Source: an uncultured virus (IMG/VR IMGVR_UViG_3300025778_000013) (taxonomy: Duplodnaviria; Heunggongvirae; Uroviricota; Caudoviricetes). Taken from it: a DNA stretch of 64,000 nucleotides. Both the position numbers and the translations under genes were made by a program. Every line of letters starts with the position of its first letter. The first letter of the stretch is position 1. The notes below the pieces were generated by a model that searched no databases, was not told the origin of the DNA, and saw only the letters and a list, made by a program, of their open reading frames with translations. The DNA lies in the IMG/VR virus record IMGVR_UViG_3300025778_000013. The stretch is one strand, 5' to 3'. Shown here one piece after another: positions 29,650 through 37,992 of the stretch.

Positions 29650-29840
29650 CCAATAGGTTATCGACCAAAACCGAGGTTTTGATTCTTTTTAGTGGCTCCT
29701 TACGGGAGCCAATCGGTTAGTTCATCCGACTCTAATACAGAGTGAGGGCTATATTAGTCGAACACTAACTGGGGTAGTTCTATGAGGGGAAAACCTTTAA
29801 CCTAGCTTGTATGCACTTGCCCCTTCACACACAAGTTAAG
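29650..29840 (-). ncRNA. candidate ~190-nt structured RNA/leader
   Basis: TGA-TATAAT at 29845-29853; several hairpins and a possible pseudoknot; no long ORF. Confidence 0.45.
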
Positions 29841-29850
29841 AATAATTATA

Positions 29851-30144
29851 TCACTTCTTACGTTCTTTTTTACTAATTTCAGATACCAAATTACCCTTAG
29901 AGTCACGCTTGAAAGAACGATTTTTACTAGCACTTTCTACACGCACTCCGTCTTTAATAGTACCGCCCTTGTCTGCGGCTTTAACGTGTGCAACATCCTT
30001 ACCATCGCCCTTGCGTACCTTGCCTTCTTTCATTAACTTATAGCGTGCTTTGTTGCGTTCCTCACGATTCTTAACCTGTTCAGGAGTATCCTCGTAAGCG
30101 GCGGCTTGTTTGTATTTGCGGTCAGCTTTGTTCTTGTATGGCAT
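29851..30144 (-). CDS. small HNH-like endonuclease
   Basis: RNKAR...KGDGKDVAH...KGG...SKNRS. Confidence 0.65.
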   Translation of the reverse strand: MPYKNKADRKYKQAAAYEDTPEQVKNREERNKARYKLMKEGKVRKGDGKDVAHVKAADKGGTIKDGVRVESASKNRSFKRDSKGNLVSEISKKERKK

Positions 30145-30150
30145 AAAATC

Positions 30151-30453
30151 CTATGGCTTTATAATACTTACTAGTGTATCAGTCTCTATAATTAGCTTTA
30201 AAGCGTTTAAAAACTGATCCGCTTCTACGCCGCCCCTAATCTTTAATTTTATTTTATCAACATCTATCGAATATGTATCGCCATCTGTAGTTACCATTTC
30301 TGTTTTTATATAGTTACCACAAATATTTTCTAAAGCAAATACAAGTTCGTTATAGTTTCCACCAAACCTATCGTCAGAAAAGTATGTATCTAAATAAACG
30401 CATTCCGTTCTATGGTCTATGGAGTCATTATACCTACATTCAACTTTGCTCAT
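30151..30453 (-). CDS. hypothetical protein
   Basis: ORF in operon, ATGA overlap. Confidence 0.55.
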   Translation of the reverse strand: MSKVECRYNDSIDHRTECVYLDTYFSDDRFGGNYNELVFALENICGNYIKTEMVTTDGDTYSIDVDKIKLKIRGGVEADQFLNALKLIIETDTLVSIIKP

Positions 30454-31127
30454 CTATAACTTCCTTTTCCGTTGTGGACACAGTCCTTTACAGCGCACCA
30501 TTTGGTGCAACTAAAATTGGGTTTTGGGTTCCAAACATTTAATTCTATAGACTTTTCTAGCCGATTGGTATCCTCAATCCACCGTGTCCAGTATACCCCT
30601 TCCTTTTCCTGTTCATAATCTGCCTTGATAAATTCGTTGGCTACTACGAAAAGTAAGCCTCCCTTAACTTTTTTGACTTTGGGGAAATGCTTAAAAATGG
30701 CTAGTGATAGTAACTCTAATTGCTTTGGGTCTGCATACTTAGCAGACTTGCCCGTCTTATAATCCACCACATATGCCTTATCTTCTTGCAAAATAATCAA
30801 GTCGGCAATACCTCTCCACCAAACATCTTTAGCAAAGAACTCACAGGGTTCTAGGCCCTTGGTCAATCCAAGTCTATATTCGCAAAGCTTTTCCCCTTCA
30901 ATAGCGTTTAGCTTATCTAGGGCTTCTTTAATGAACCCATACTTCTCAGGTATTGGCTTGCCGTCACGGATGTATTCTTCTGCGGCTTTATGCACTTCCA
31001 GCCCATAACTCAAATGCTCCGTAGGCGGCTCAACAATATCCTTAACCACCCGAAGGCGGTAGTATTTATGGGGGCACTGCTTATATAAATCTAACGAGGA
31101 ATAAGACCAAGAGTATTTAACGGTCAT
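30450..31127 (-). CDS. PD-(D/E)XK exonuclease, Cas4/RecB-like
   Basis: WSYSS...CP, GIADL...VDYKTGK, C-terminal Cys cluster. Confidence 0.85.
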   Translation of the reverse strand: MTVKYSWSYSSLDLYKQCPHKYYRLRVVKDIVEPPTEHLSYGLEVHKAAEEYIRDGKPIPEKYGFIKEALDKLNAIEGEKLCEYRLGLTKGLEPCEFFAKDVWWRGIADLIILQEDKAYVVDYKTGKSAKYADPKQLELLSLAIFKHFPKVKKVKGGLLFVVANEFIKADYEQEKEGVYWTRWIEDTNRLEKSIELNVWNPKPNFSCTKWCAVKDCVHNGKGSYR

Positions 31128-31918
31128 GATCTAGGCAACGCTCCTGTAAAGCCGTATGTACCAGTATGAGTAAAGTGCGCCCAAGGTGCGGCATAGACTT
31201 TAAATCCAGCTTCTCTTGCAATCTTGCAGAAGTGGTAGTCCTCAGATAGCAAACGGTTAGATTCTTCTTCGATGCTGGTAGCAAAGAACTCTTTAATGAT
31301 CTTGACCTCACGCACCGTATCTACTGCATGGTACATATCGTTGGTATAGCTAGGCACTTTGGTTTCTAACTTCTCAAACACTTCACGTTTAATCAACATA
31401 AAACCTGTACCGCCGTTAGCAATCTCTAAAGGCTTGTTAATATCGCCCGAAGTTGTTTGCTGTCCATGTGGTAAATTTACAACAAAGGCTCCTGTATGAT
31501 GTTGCAGTTGTGCTGGTGGTACACCTTTTTTAACCGCTTCGGTTACTTCTACCCAGTTGATTTCTTTCTTAGGGTATAGACCGCAAATAATATCTACATC
31601 AGCCGCTACCATACGAGGAATATCTTGCGGGTTAAAACCGATATCAGCATCAATAAACATTAAGTGTGTAGCATCAGACTTTAAAAAATCATAAGCCATA
31701 CTGTTACGAGCACGGGTAATCAAAGACTCATTCATCATAAATGAGTAATACATTTGTAGTTGGTTCTGTCCACATACCCCAACGAGTTGCATAATAGCTG
31801 ACGCATACAATCCCGTGCACATACCGCCGTACATTGGTGTAGCTACAAATAATGATGCCTTTGGTTTAGGTGCTACAAGTGGTGCTACTTTAAGTTGTTT
31901 TTCTTTTTTAAAACTCAT
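31124..31918 (-). CDS. glycosyltransferase (GT-A fold)
   Basis: VATPMYGG, ESLITRARN, FIDADI (DxD), GTGFMLIKR, LSEDYHFC. Confidence 0.75.
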   Translation of the reverse strand: MSFKKEKQLKVAPLVAPKPKASLFVATPMYGGMCTGLYASAIMQLVGVCGQNQLQMYYSFMMNESLITRARNSMAYDFLKSDATHLMFIDADIGFNPQDIPRMVAADVDIICGLYPKKEINWVEVTEAVKKGVPPAQLQHHTGAFVVNLPHGQQTTSGDINKPLEIANGGTGFMLIKREVFEKLETKVPSYTNDMYHAVDTVREVKIIKEFFATSIEEESNRLLSEDYHFCKIAREAGFKVYAAPWAHFTHTGTYGFTGALPRS

Positions 31919-32157
31919 TTTTTCTTCCCTTTAGTTTGTGTTTCTATATGTGCTCTGTTAAGTGCCATTATATCTGCCGCTAATTCTTCTAAGCGTTCAC
32001 TATACTCTTGTAGTATTTCAGTAGCCGCCCACAATGCACCACTCTCTGCGTTGTCTGTAATCTTCTCAGCAACAAGTTCTACAATCATTGCGGCACTATG
32101 TATCTTGTACCCCAGTTCGCCAACCTTGTTAGCTTTTTCCCATAATCCCTCAATCAT
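31915..32157 (-). CDS. hypothetical protein
   Basis: Coupled ORF in operon. Confidence 0.55.
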   Translation of the reverse strand: MIEGLWEKANKVGELGYKIHSAAMIVELVAEKITDNAESGALWAATEILQEYSERLEELAADIMALNRAHIETQTKGKKK

Positions 32158-32315
32158 TTGTATGTTCCTTTCAATGCAATAGCGTCATAAACTTGTGCTG
32201 ATACTTTTAATACATATGCAATATCGTTTGGGCTTAACTGCCCCATCAGTTGTAATATTTTCATAACTGCTACATCGTTATCCAAGATTTGTGGTTTTAC
32301 TAAAGTTTCAATCAT
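32154..32315 (-). CDS. hypothetical 53-aa protein (not in ORF track)
   Basis: GGAGG RBS, ATGA overlaps both sides; MIETLVKPQILDNDVAVMKILQLMGQL. Confidence 0.6.
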   Translation of the reverse strand: MIETLVKPQILDNDVAVMKILQLMGQLSPNDIAYVLKVSAQVYDAIALKGTYK

Positions 32316-32995
32316 TTTTTCCTCCAAGGCAAATCGCCATATGCTTTCTTCATTGCTTCGTTACCCTCTCTAAACATTCCAAGTAATCTTTCGGGTGATC
32401 TGTAATTAACTGTAGCCTCGCCCGTGCATCCAAAGGAAGGCAGTAGTTTGCTGGCAGCACTATAGAATTGACGATCTGCTCCCCATTGTCCGTAGAAGTT
32501 ATGTGCCACACGCACCAAATACTCCCGCTTAAAGCAATAGCAGTTAGTATCGACAAAATTAAGTGTATGGTCATAATACGTCGGGTTCCTACCGAGTGAC
32601 TCGCAATCATCGTCAAAAACATATTGTCCTCGTTCATCACATATTCTCCTCAAACTGTAAGACCACATTAGGTCTTTTGATTTAATTTTATTAATCATGG
32701 TTTCCACATGATTAGGTTCGAACCAATTATCCTCATCGAGAAACAAGATGTAATCGGCGTTTACCATTAGTGGCATAGCCGCATAGACTCGGTGTCCATA
32801 CCATCCATTACCGCCTACATTTTCGGGTAAGTCTAAGTAGTGGCAGTTCATTTTTAGGTGGATGTTCTTTTTCTCTACTTGTTGCCCATCAATTACGATA
32901 AGGTGTTCTGTAAAGACGGTTTGGTTATGCACACTTTCAATCGCTTTATTAATCGTATCTTTCCCAGTAGTCGGGGTGATGACCATGACCCTCAT
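32312..32995 (-). CDS. glycosyltransferase family 2
   Basis: VITPTTG, IESVHNQ, LIVIDG, LFLDEDNW; start at ATG 32995. Confidence 0.85.
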   Translation of the reverse strand: MRVMVITPTTGKDTINKAIESVHNQTVFTEHLIVIDGQQVEKKNIHLKMNCHYLDLPENVGGNGWYGHRVYAAMPLMVNADYILFLDEDNWFEPNHVETMINKIKSKDLMWSYSLRRICDERGQYVFDDDCESLGRNPTYYDHTLNFVDTNCYCFKREYLVRVAHNFYGQWGADRQFYSAASKLLPSFGCTGEATVNYRSPERLLGMFREGNEAMKKAYGDLPWRKK

Positions 32996-33132
32996 TTTTC
33001 GTTTATCCCCTGTATTATTCCGCCAATAATAGCGAATAACATTTCTGCAAAAATGATGCCCCAAAAAAAGCTAAAGTACGAACTTGGAGCATCAAAATGT
33101 TCAAGAATAAAATAAGTTAATAAATAAATCAT
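32992..33132 (-). CDS. small membrane protein (46 aa, not in ORF track)
   Basis: ATGA overlaps both sides; hydrophobic FFWGIIFAEMLFAIIGGII. Confidence 0.5.
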   Translation of the reverse strand: MIYLLTYFILEHFDAPSSYFSFFWGIIFAEMLFAIIGGIIQGINEK

Positions 33133-33995
33133 GCCAGCTCCCTCACGTTTTCACATGCTTTGCAAATACTACATTTGGAATACTCAGGCGCTTCATTAAG
33201 TGCAATAAGATCCTGCAAGGGTTTACCCTGCATAATTTCTTCGTAAGTCTGTGTTAGCAGATTACCTAGAATGTGAACGAGATTGTAGTCCATACAGCAT
33301 AGGACGACATCCCCATTTGGCAGAAGAACATTACGATCATAAAAAGGCGTGCTCGCACAAGTTAAACTAAATATATTGTGCGGTGTCATGCTAATCACTT
33401 GACCTTTAATTTGCTCCACATTGAGGCTATCTGCCCTAGTATGGCCCACCCATCCACGTAATTGCCCCACAATGGGTTGCAAATCAGGGTGAACTATACC
33501 GCTTTTATCCATAGTCATAGCGCCTACACCACATGGCACGTTAAGGGTAGCCATTACTCTTAGGGCTTCCATCCACTCAGGGCTATTCTTCCAGCCCTTC
33601 ATGTTCTTGTTAGCATCAGGCAAGTGCAACATTACTACTTTGACTTGGTTAGGATGAGCTTCTAATACTTTCTTAACACGTTCAGGGTCAGTCATGCCAT
33701 ACAAGGTAGTGTAAATAGCAACATCAAAGCCCATGTATAGCACTTCTTCTAACATGCTTGTGCACTCAGGATTAGCCCAAGGTTCTGACATACCTGAGAA
33801 ATCAATACGAGTATTTTTTGGTAACTTAACCAACATCTTTGTGAGATCAAGCTGGCTCATGTATTTGGTGCCGTTGCCGTACTCGGTTCTTAAGTTATCT
33901 TGTGGGCAAAACGTACACATCAAAGGGCAACCTATCATGGTGGTCAATTCCATAACAGGCCCATCGTTGTGGACTATCCCATACTTTTCTCTCAT
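33129..33995 (-). CDS. radical SAM enzyme with SPASM/Twitch C-terminal domain
   Basis: CPLMCTFC; FSGMSEP; C...LLPNGDVVLCCMD...LGNL...CSICKAC. Confidence 0.9.
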   Translation of the reverse strand: MREKYGIVHNDGPVMELTTMIGCPLMCTFCPQDNLRTEYGNGTKYMSQLDLTKMLVKLPKNTRIDFSGMSEPWANPECTSMLEEVLYMGFDVAIYTTLYGMTDPERVKKVLEAHPNQVKVVMLHLPDANKNMKGWKNSPEWMEALRVMATLNVPCGVGAMTMDKSGIVHPDLQPIVGQLRGWVGHTRADSLNVEQIKGQVISMTPHNIFSLTCASTPFYDRNVLLPNGDVVLCCMDYNLVHILGNLLTQTYEEIMQGKPLQDLIALNEAPEYSKCSICKACENVRELA

Positions 33996-34011
33996 TTTTC
34001 CTGTGCCTTTC

Positions 34012-34227
34012 TTAAATCAAATCTAATTCAGTTATTGATGGAGCAATGTAATGTTCTTTTTTCCATTTAGCACAATATTCTTCCGCATTCTGACGGCTTC
34101 TAAATACTGGATGTGGCTTAAACTCATAACCATCTTTACTGGCAATATCGGTATAAGGCGCAGTTTCTCCATGACCGCTTGTTCTTCTGCCTGAATGGGT
34201 CAATACATATATTTTTTGGATTGTCAT
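34012..34227 (-). CDS. hypothetical mini-gene
   Basis: Preceded and followed by the TAAGAAAGGCACA repeat. Confidence 0.55.
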   Translation of the reverse strand: MTIQKIYVLTHSGRRTSGHGETAPYTDIASKDGYEFKPHPVFRSRQNAEEYCAKWKKEHYIAPSITELDLI

Positions 34228-34475
34228 TTCTCTTGTGCCTTTCTTAGTATTGCTCTAGCAAACGGAAAAATTACTTTATCGCCAAGCCAAACTAGTCCTT
34301 GTTCTTTACTTACTTGCTCAATAGTTTCAAGTATTTCCTCATCTGTTACATCTATTGGTCGTTCATAAAGCGGAATAACTTTTTTAGCATCTACTGGTTC
34401 ATTAAACTGTAATGACATATTTTCCATATCATCAGGACATTCTTTACTGACTACTGCATAAGCAAATGGTTTCAT
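34224..34475 (-). CDS. hypothetical mini-gene (...TDEEI...FARAILRKAQEK family)
   Basis: Paralog of 35687-35938. Confidence 0.6.
   Translation of the reverse strand: MKPFAYAVVSKECPDDMENMSLQFNEPVDAKKVIPLYERPIDVTDEEILETIEQVSKEQGLVWLGDKVIFPFARAILRKAQEK
34225..34262. repeat. 38-bp direct repeat, copy 1 (copy 2 at 35691-35728; 13-bp core also at 34002 and 35533)
   Basis: CATTTCTCTTGTGCCTTTCTTAGTATTGCTCTAGCAAA identical in both copies. Confidence 0.9.
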
Positions 34476-34675
34476 TTTTCTTCCCATAAATTACATATTG
34501 AATAACTGCGAGTATTAAACTCACCTAAAGTGCATTGTGGCATCTGTGTTCTTGGCATACTGTTAATAAGCATAGTGAATCCTTTTTTGTAGTGTTTGCA
34601 GTTACCGCATTTTTCCGCAACAGTTACATATTGGTTTTTGTATTTAAAATCTCCAATAGACTGCGCCCTACTCAT
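34472..34675 (-). CDS. small Cys-rich protein
   Basis: CGNCKHY...C...C. Confidence 0.55.
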   Translation of the reverse strand: MSRAQSIGDFKYKNQYVTVAEKCGNCKHYKKGFTMLINSMPRTQMPQCTLGEFNTRSYSICNLWEEK

Positions 34676-34953
34676 TTCTCTACTCCAGAATAATGGTCTA
34701 AAAACTTTTGAACCACAGCTTTCAACGCCTCTATTTCAGCTTGTTGCTGTTTATGCTGCATTTCTAATATTGCAATTCTGTCACGCTGTGCTACATGACG
34801 CAGTTCGTACTTTGTCAGCTTTTCTTGTTGCTGGCGTAGCATGGTGGCTGCTTCAATATGAAAATCAGCAGGTTTTACAGGGACGGAAAATCCTTGCCAT
34901 TCATAAAGCCTAAGCATTGATAATTTATCGGCTATGGATAGCTCTAAACTCAT
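34672..34953 (-). CDS. hypothetical mini-gene (QQQAEIEALK family)
   Basis: EAATMLRQQQ...QQQAEIEALK. Confidence 0.6.
   Translation of the reverse strand: MSLELSIADKLSMLRLYEWQGFSVPVKPADFHIEAATMLRQQQEKLTKYELRHVAQRDRIAILEMQHKQQQAEIEALKAVVQKFLDHYSGVEK
34718..34749. repeat. 32-bp direct repeat, copy 1 (copy 2 at 35188-35219)
   Basis: GCTTTCAACGCCTCTATTTCAGCTTGTTGCTG identical in both copies. Confidence 0.9.
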
Positions 34954-34954
34954 A

Positions 34955-35128
34955 TTAGTACCACCTTCCATTCATCCCTACAGTTCCCTTATCATCTTCG
35001 GTATGGGGTGTATCAACAACATTTACCCATTCACCATTCTTGTATTGGTCTATTTTTACCCTGTTATCTTCGGCAATGTAGTTACGATAAGTGCCTTCTA
35101 CTACTGTTGTTGGTCTTTGGTCAGTCAT
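34955..35128 (-). CDS. hypothetical mini-gene
   Basis: ORF in tightly packed array. Confidence 0.45.
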   Translation of the reverse strand: MTDQRPTTVVEGTYRNYIAEDNRVKIDQYKNGEWVNVVDTPHTEDDKGTVGMNGRWY

Positions 35129-35345
35129 AAGTTTTTCCACTCTCTTCATAATAAGCATCATTTTGTTCTGTAAGCTCGGCAATTTGGGCTTTCAACGCCT
35201 CTATTTCAGCTTGTTGCTGGCGTACCAAGGACTCAAGTTGGTCAATGTAGTGCTTTCTATTTCCGTAATAAACAGAGTCCATGTTAAACAAATCAACTTC
35301 TCGTAAATCCTCAAGCAATTTATCAGCTAGTTCATTTGCGTTCAT
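35121..35345 (-). CDS. hypothetical mini-gene (MNANELAD...QQQAEIEALK)
   Basis: Shares the 32-bp repeat with 34672-34953. Confidence 0.6.
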   Translation of the reverse strand: MNANELADKLLEDLREVDLFNMDSVYYGNRKHYIDQLESLVRQQQAEIEALKAQIAELTEQNDAYYEESGKTYD

Positions 35346-35527
35346 TCACAGTTCTTTCTTAATCGTTTAGTTTTATCTTCGTTATCACTAAAGTATTTAC
35401 AATCCTTACCTTGTCTTGGGCTATCCACAAAGTAAGACTGATACTCTGGTGTAGCTCTAGCAGTAAACCGATAGCACCTTTCACGCTTCTTACAAGTCTC
35501 ATCACGACACATTGTTATATCAGCCAT
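35342..35527 (-). CDS. small Cys-rich protein
   Basis: MADITMC...C...CYRFTA...YQSYF...CKYF. Confidence 0.65.
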   Translation of the reverse strand: MADITMCRDETCKKRERCYRFTARATPEYQSYFVDSPRQGKDCKYFSDNEDKTKRLRKNCE

Positions 35528-35693
35528 TATCTTGTGCCTTTCTTATTTGATACCAAACATCTTCATTTTCATCCCATATTTGTTTAAAAATATTGCCATC
35601 TTTTAATTGAACATCGGTGTAATTACCATTTCTTTTAGCCCAAAGAATATAAGAAGAATCCACAATTTCATGTTTATCAAGTTGAATTAACAT
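35520..35693 (-). CDS. hypothetical 57-aa mini-gene (not in ORF track)
   Basis: MLIQLDKHEIVD...YQIRKAQDNG; flanked on both sides by the AAGAAAGGCACAAG repeat. Confidence 0.55.
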   Translation of the reverse strand: MLIQLDKHEIVDSSYILWAKRNGNYTDVQLKDGNIFKQIWDENEDVWYQIRKAQDNG

Positions 35694-35938
35694 TTCTCTT
35701 GTGCCTTTCTTAGTATTGCTCTAGCAAATTGAAGCAAAAAATCCTCAAAACAGTCTGAGTATTTCCAAGTCCATTCTTTCAATATTTCTTCATCGGTCAA
35801 TGGTGTTAGTGTCTTTGCTGGATGAGTGTAGAGTGGAATTTTGCTAGTTGTACCTCTTGGTTCTGCTCTAGTCAAATATTCTTTATCACCATCTTCACTG
35901 CAAGTCCAAATCCACGCTACTGGTTCATTATTCATCAT
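35687..35938 (-). CDS. hypothetical mini-gene (EPVAW...LYTHP...LTDEEI...FARAILRKAQEK)
   Basis: GGAG RBS; paralog of 34224-34475. Confidence 0.6.
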   Translation of the reverse strand: MMNNEPVAWIWTCSEDGDKEYLTRAEPRGTTSKIPLYTHPAKTLTPLTDEEILKEWTWKYSDCFEDFLLQFARAILRKAQEKC

Positions 35939-36665
35939 TAGCTCCATACATAGATTTTGGTAACGGGCGGTCATCCTTATTAGTTACATTTGGTTGATCT
36001 AATGGGTGTGGGAATTGGTCGCAGTATCCTTCAGGGATAGCACGGTCTTTACGCAACAATGTTAATTCAAATACAGTTGGCATTAAAAACCCATCTACAT
36101 CTATGAATGGGCAGTTGTTGTTCGGATGATTGTGTACCACACGGAAGTCAGCCAATAGTTTAGAAAAGAAATCTTGAACAGTTTCCCAAGCAATAGGGTT
36201 GTTAAACCATGCTTGAACATCATGAATCTCAATAACAATGATCCTAAAGCGCCGTAGTATGTCTATCGGTGTAGCAATAATTGTCTGATACTCAGCACCT
36301 TCAATATCCATCTGCAAGAGCAAGTCTCCTGTAAGTGGCGCTTCTTTTTTAACCCAAAACTCTAAAGTCATGAAGTCATCACTGTTGGTAGCCCCCAAAT
36401 ACTTTTTGGTAAAAGATAGAACCTTTAAGTTATCAGGCGCACCATTTACTGAAGCATCTGCAAGATGGGAATAAATCCCCCGACTAAGTAAGTCTTTCTC
36501 AAAACTTGCCGTTACATCTACTCCTGGCGAAAAGCATTGAGAAACACCTGACAAGTCGTTTGGGATTAAATACCCACCATCGTTATTACCACCAATTCTA
36601 ACTAAGTCATACTTAGTCTTAACAGGATATAGCCCTCTGATTAACTGCTCAAATTGGTTGCTCAC
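35928..36665 (-). CDS. FkbM-family methyltransferase
   Basis: RIGGNNDGGY, SPGV...SFE, LQMDIEGAEY, IEIH, HNHPNN. Confidence 0.85.
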   Translation of the reverse strand: MSNQFEQLIRGLYPVKTKYDLVRIGGNNDGGYLIPNDLSGVSQCFSPGVDVTASFEKDLLSRGIYSHLADASVNGAPDNLKVLSFTKKYLGATNSDDFMTLEFWVKKEAPLTGDLLLQMDIEGAEYQTIIATPIDILRRFRIIVIEIHDVQAWFNNPIAWETVQDFFSKLLADFRVVHNHPNNNCPFIDVDGFLMPTVFELTLLRKDRAIPEGYCDQFPHPLDQPNVTNKDDRPLPKSMYGANDE

Positions 36666-37138
36666 TTTATGTCTTTTTCCTTTAGTTTTTTAATCCGCTC
36701 TGCCTTGCGTAAGTCGTGACTATGTAGTTTTTTCCCAACAGATTTAGGCACTTCGCCAGCCGTTTCTGCTACCTTTGCGGCTTTCTTGCGGTTAACTACT
36801 TCGCCATCAGATAGTTCAAACTCATGTTTTGAACCCTTAGCTTTTTTGCCTTCTTTGACAATCAGTTCTTCATGCGACCATGCCTTGCTAGGGGCTTTAA
36901 CAATCTTGCCTGATTTTTCTTTAATTGCTGGTACTTTTACTGTTAATTTCTTCTTTGCCATATACTTTTCCTCTTCTCTAAATGCCAAGTTAATGGCATA
37001 TTGTAACTCTTCCCAAGTACCTCTTTGCATCACAACCGTTACGTATTCCTGCCCCCTTTTGATAGTGGCAAACATTTCGTCTAAGGTCTTGGCTTGCCAT
37101 TTTTGTTGTTTCTTAGTAACAAGTTTGTCTTTACTCAT
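36662..37138 (-). CDS. basic hypothetical protein (probable internal start at 36961)
   Basis: GAGGA RBS before in-frame MAKKK; FELSDGEVVNRKKAA. Confidence 0.5.
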   Translation of the reverse strand: MSKDKLVTKKQQKWQAKTLDEMFATIKRGQEYVTVVMQRGTWEELQYAINLAFREEEKYMAKKKLTVKVPAIKEKSGKIVKAPSKAWSHEELIVKEGKKAKGSKHEFELSDGEVVNRKKAAKVAETAGEVPKSVGKKLHSHDLRKAERIKKLKEKDIK

Positions 37139-37992
37139 TTCACAATACTCCGCACAAAGGCAATCGCATCATCTAATTTGGGTTCTTTAAGTAATAGGGG
37201 TTGTTCGTAATAGGTTTTGTAAAGTTCTTCATACTCATCCAAGTCTGCTACTCTGTTTACAAAAAAAGCCATGTCCTTAGTATTCATGTAGTTTAAATAT
37301 GCTTGTTCATTAAAGTCGCAATCCACAGAAAGAGTACCGCTATAAATAGGAACAGTGAGACCAGCGTACGCATCAATAAGTTTTTCGGTGACATATCCAT
37401 CATATATAGAGTTTTCAGGGCATAGGCAAAACTTATACTCAGGCAAAATAGCAAACTTGGATTTGCGTAGGGGATTCCTAAACATATTGCCATATCCATC
37501 TACTTGTTTGTATTTTGAAATACTGTTGTATAAGTTAATGCGTAGCCCTTCGGGGTTGTTGGCAATCAAAGCGCAGAACTTATCTTTCGCTTTAATGTCT
37601 AGCTTGCGTGGTTGGGTTAGTTGTTTGATAGGTATCAGTTGTTCGTAGCCATGATTGTGCATGTTATCTTGTCGGGGCTTTTGCTCAAAGCCATCCCATG
37701 CTAGCCTCGAATACCAAAGAGGTAAACGAAAATTCCTACCGCCATAAGTATCCCAATCAAAAGACAGAGAATGGTTGTAGTTAATAAAACTTGGGCGCAT
37801 GTTCTCACCGATGTAGGCAAGAGTTTTGTTGGGGTCTGTTTGAGTATGTCCGAAAACCGAAGTAACCACCAAATCAGCGTCGTGTTGATTATTAGTGTAA
37901 ACCATACCATCGAAGCAAGACCTAAAGAAATAATCGAAGAAGTCTCCATCAAATGCACCCTCCCAAAAGTTAACTACACATATCTTTTTCAT
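37135..37992 (-). CDS. alpha-1,3-fucosyltransferase-like glycosyltransferase (GT10)
   Basis: YIGENMRP, KFCLCPENSIYDGYVTEKLIDAY...VPIY. Confidence 0.88.
   Translation of the reverse strand: MKKICVVNFWEGAFDGDFFDYFFRSCFDGMVYTNNQHDADLVVTSVFGHTQTDPNKTLAYIGENMRPSFINYNHSLSFDWDTYGGRNFRLPLWYSRLAWDGFEQKPRQDNMHNHGYEQLIPIKQLTQPRKLDIKAKDKFCALIANNPEGLRINLYNSISKYKQVDGYGNMFRNPLRKSKFAILPEYKFCLCPENSIYDGYVTEKLIDAYAGLTVPIYSGTLSVDCDFNEQAYLNYMNTKDMAFFVNRVADLDEYEELYKTYYEQPLLLKEPKLDDAIAFVRSIVK

Noticed and set aside
30450..31127. Cas4 as part of a CRISPR system
   Set aside because: A stand-alone PD-(D/E)XK exonuclease is usual in phage replication modules; no array is present.
33993..35728. CRISPR array or integron
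   Set aside because: Repeats are irregularly spaced, non-palindromic and lie in coding ends; no cas1/cas2 or integrase.
36662..37138. Stop-codon reassignment or read-through fusion
   Set aside because: There is no internal stop; an in-frame RBS and ATG at 36961 explain it, and all three stop codons end genes normally elsewhere.
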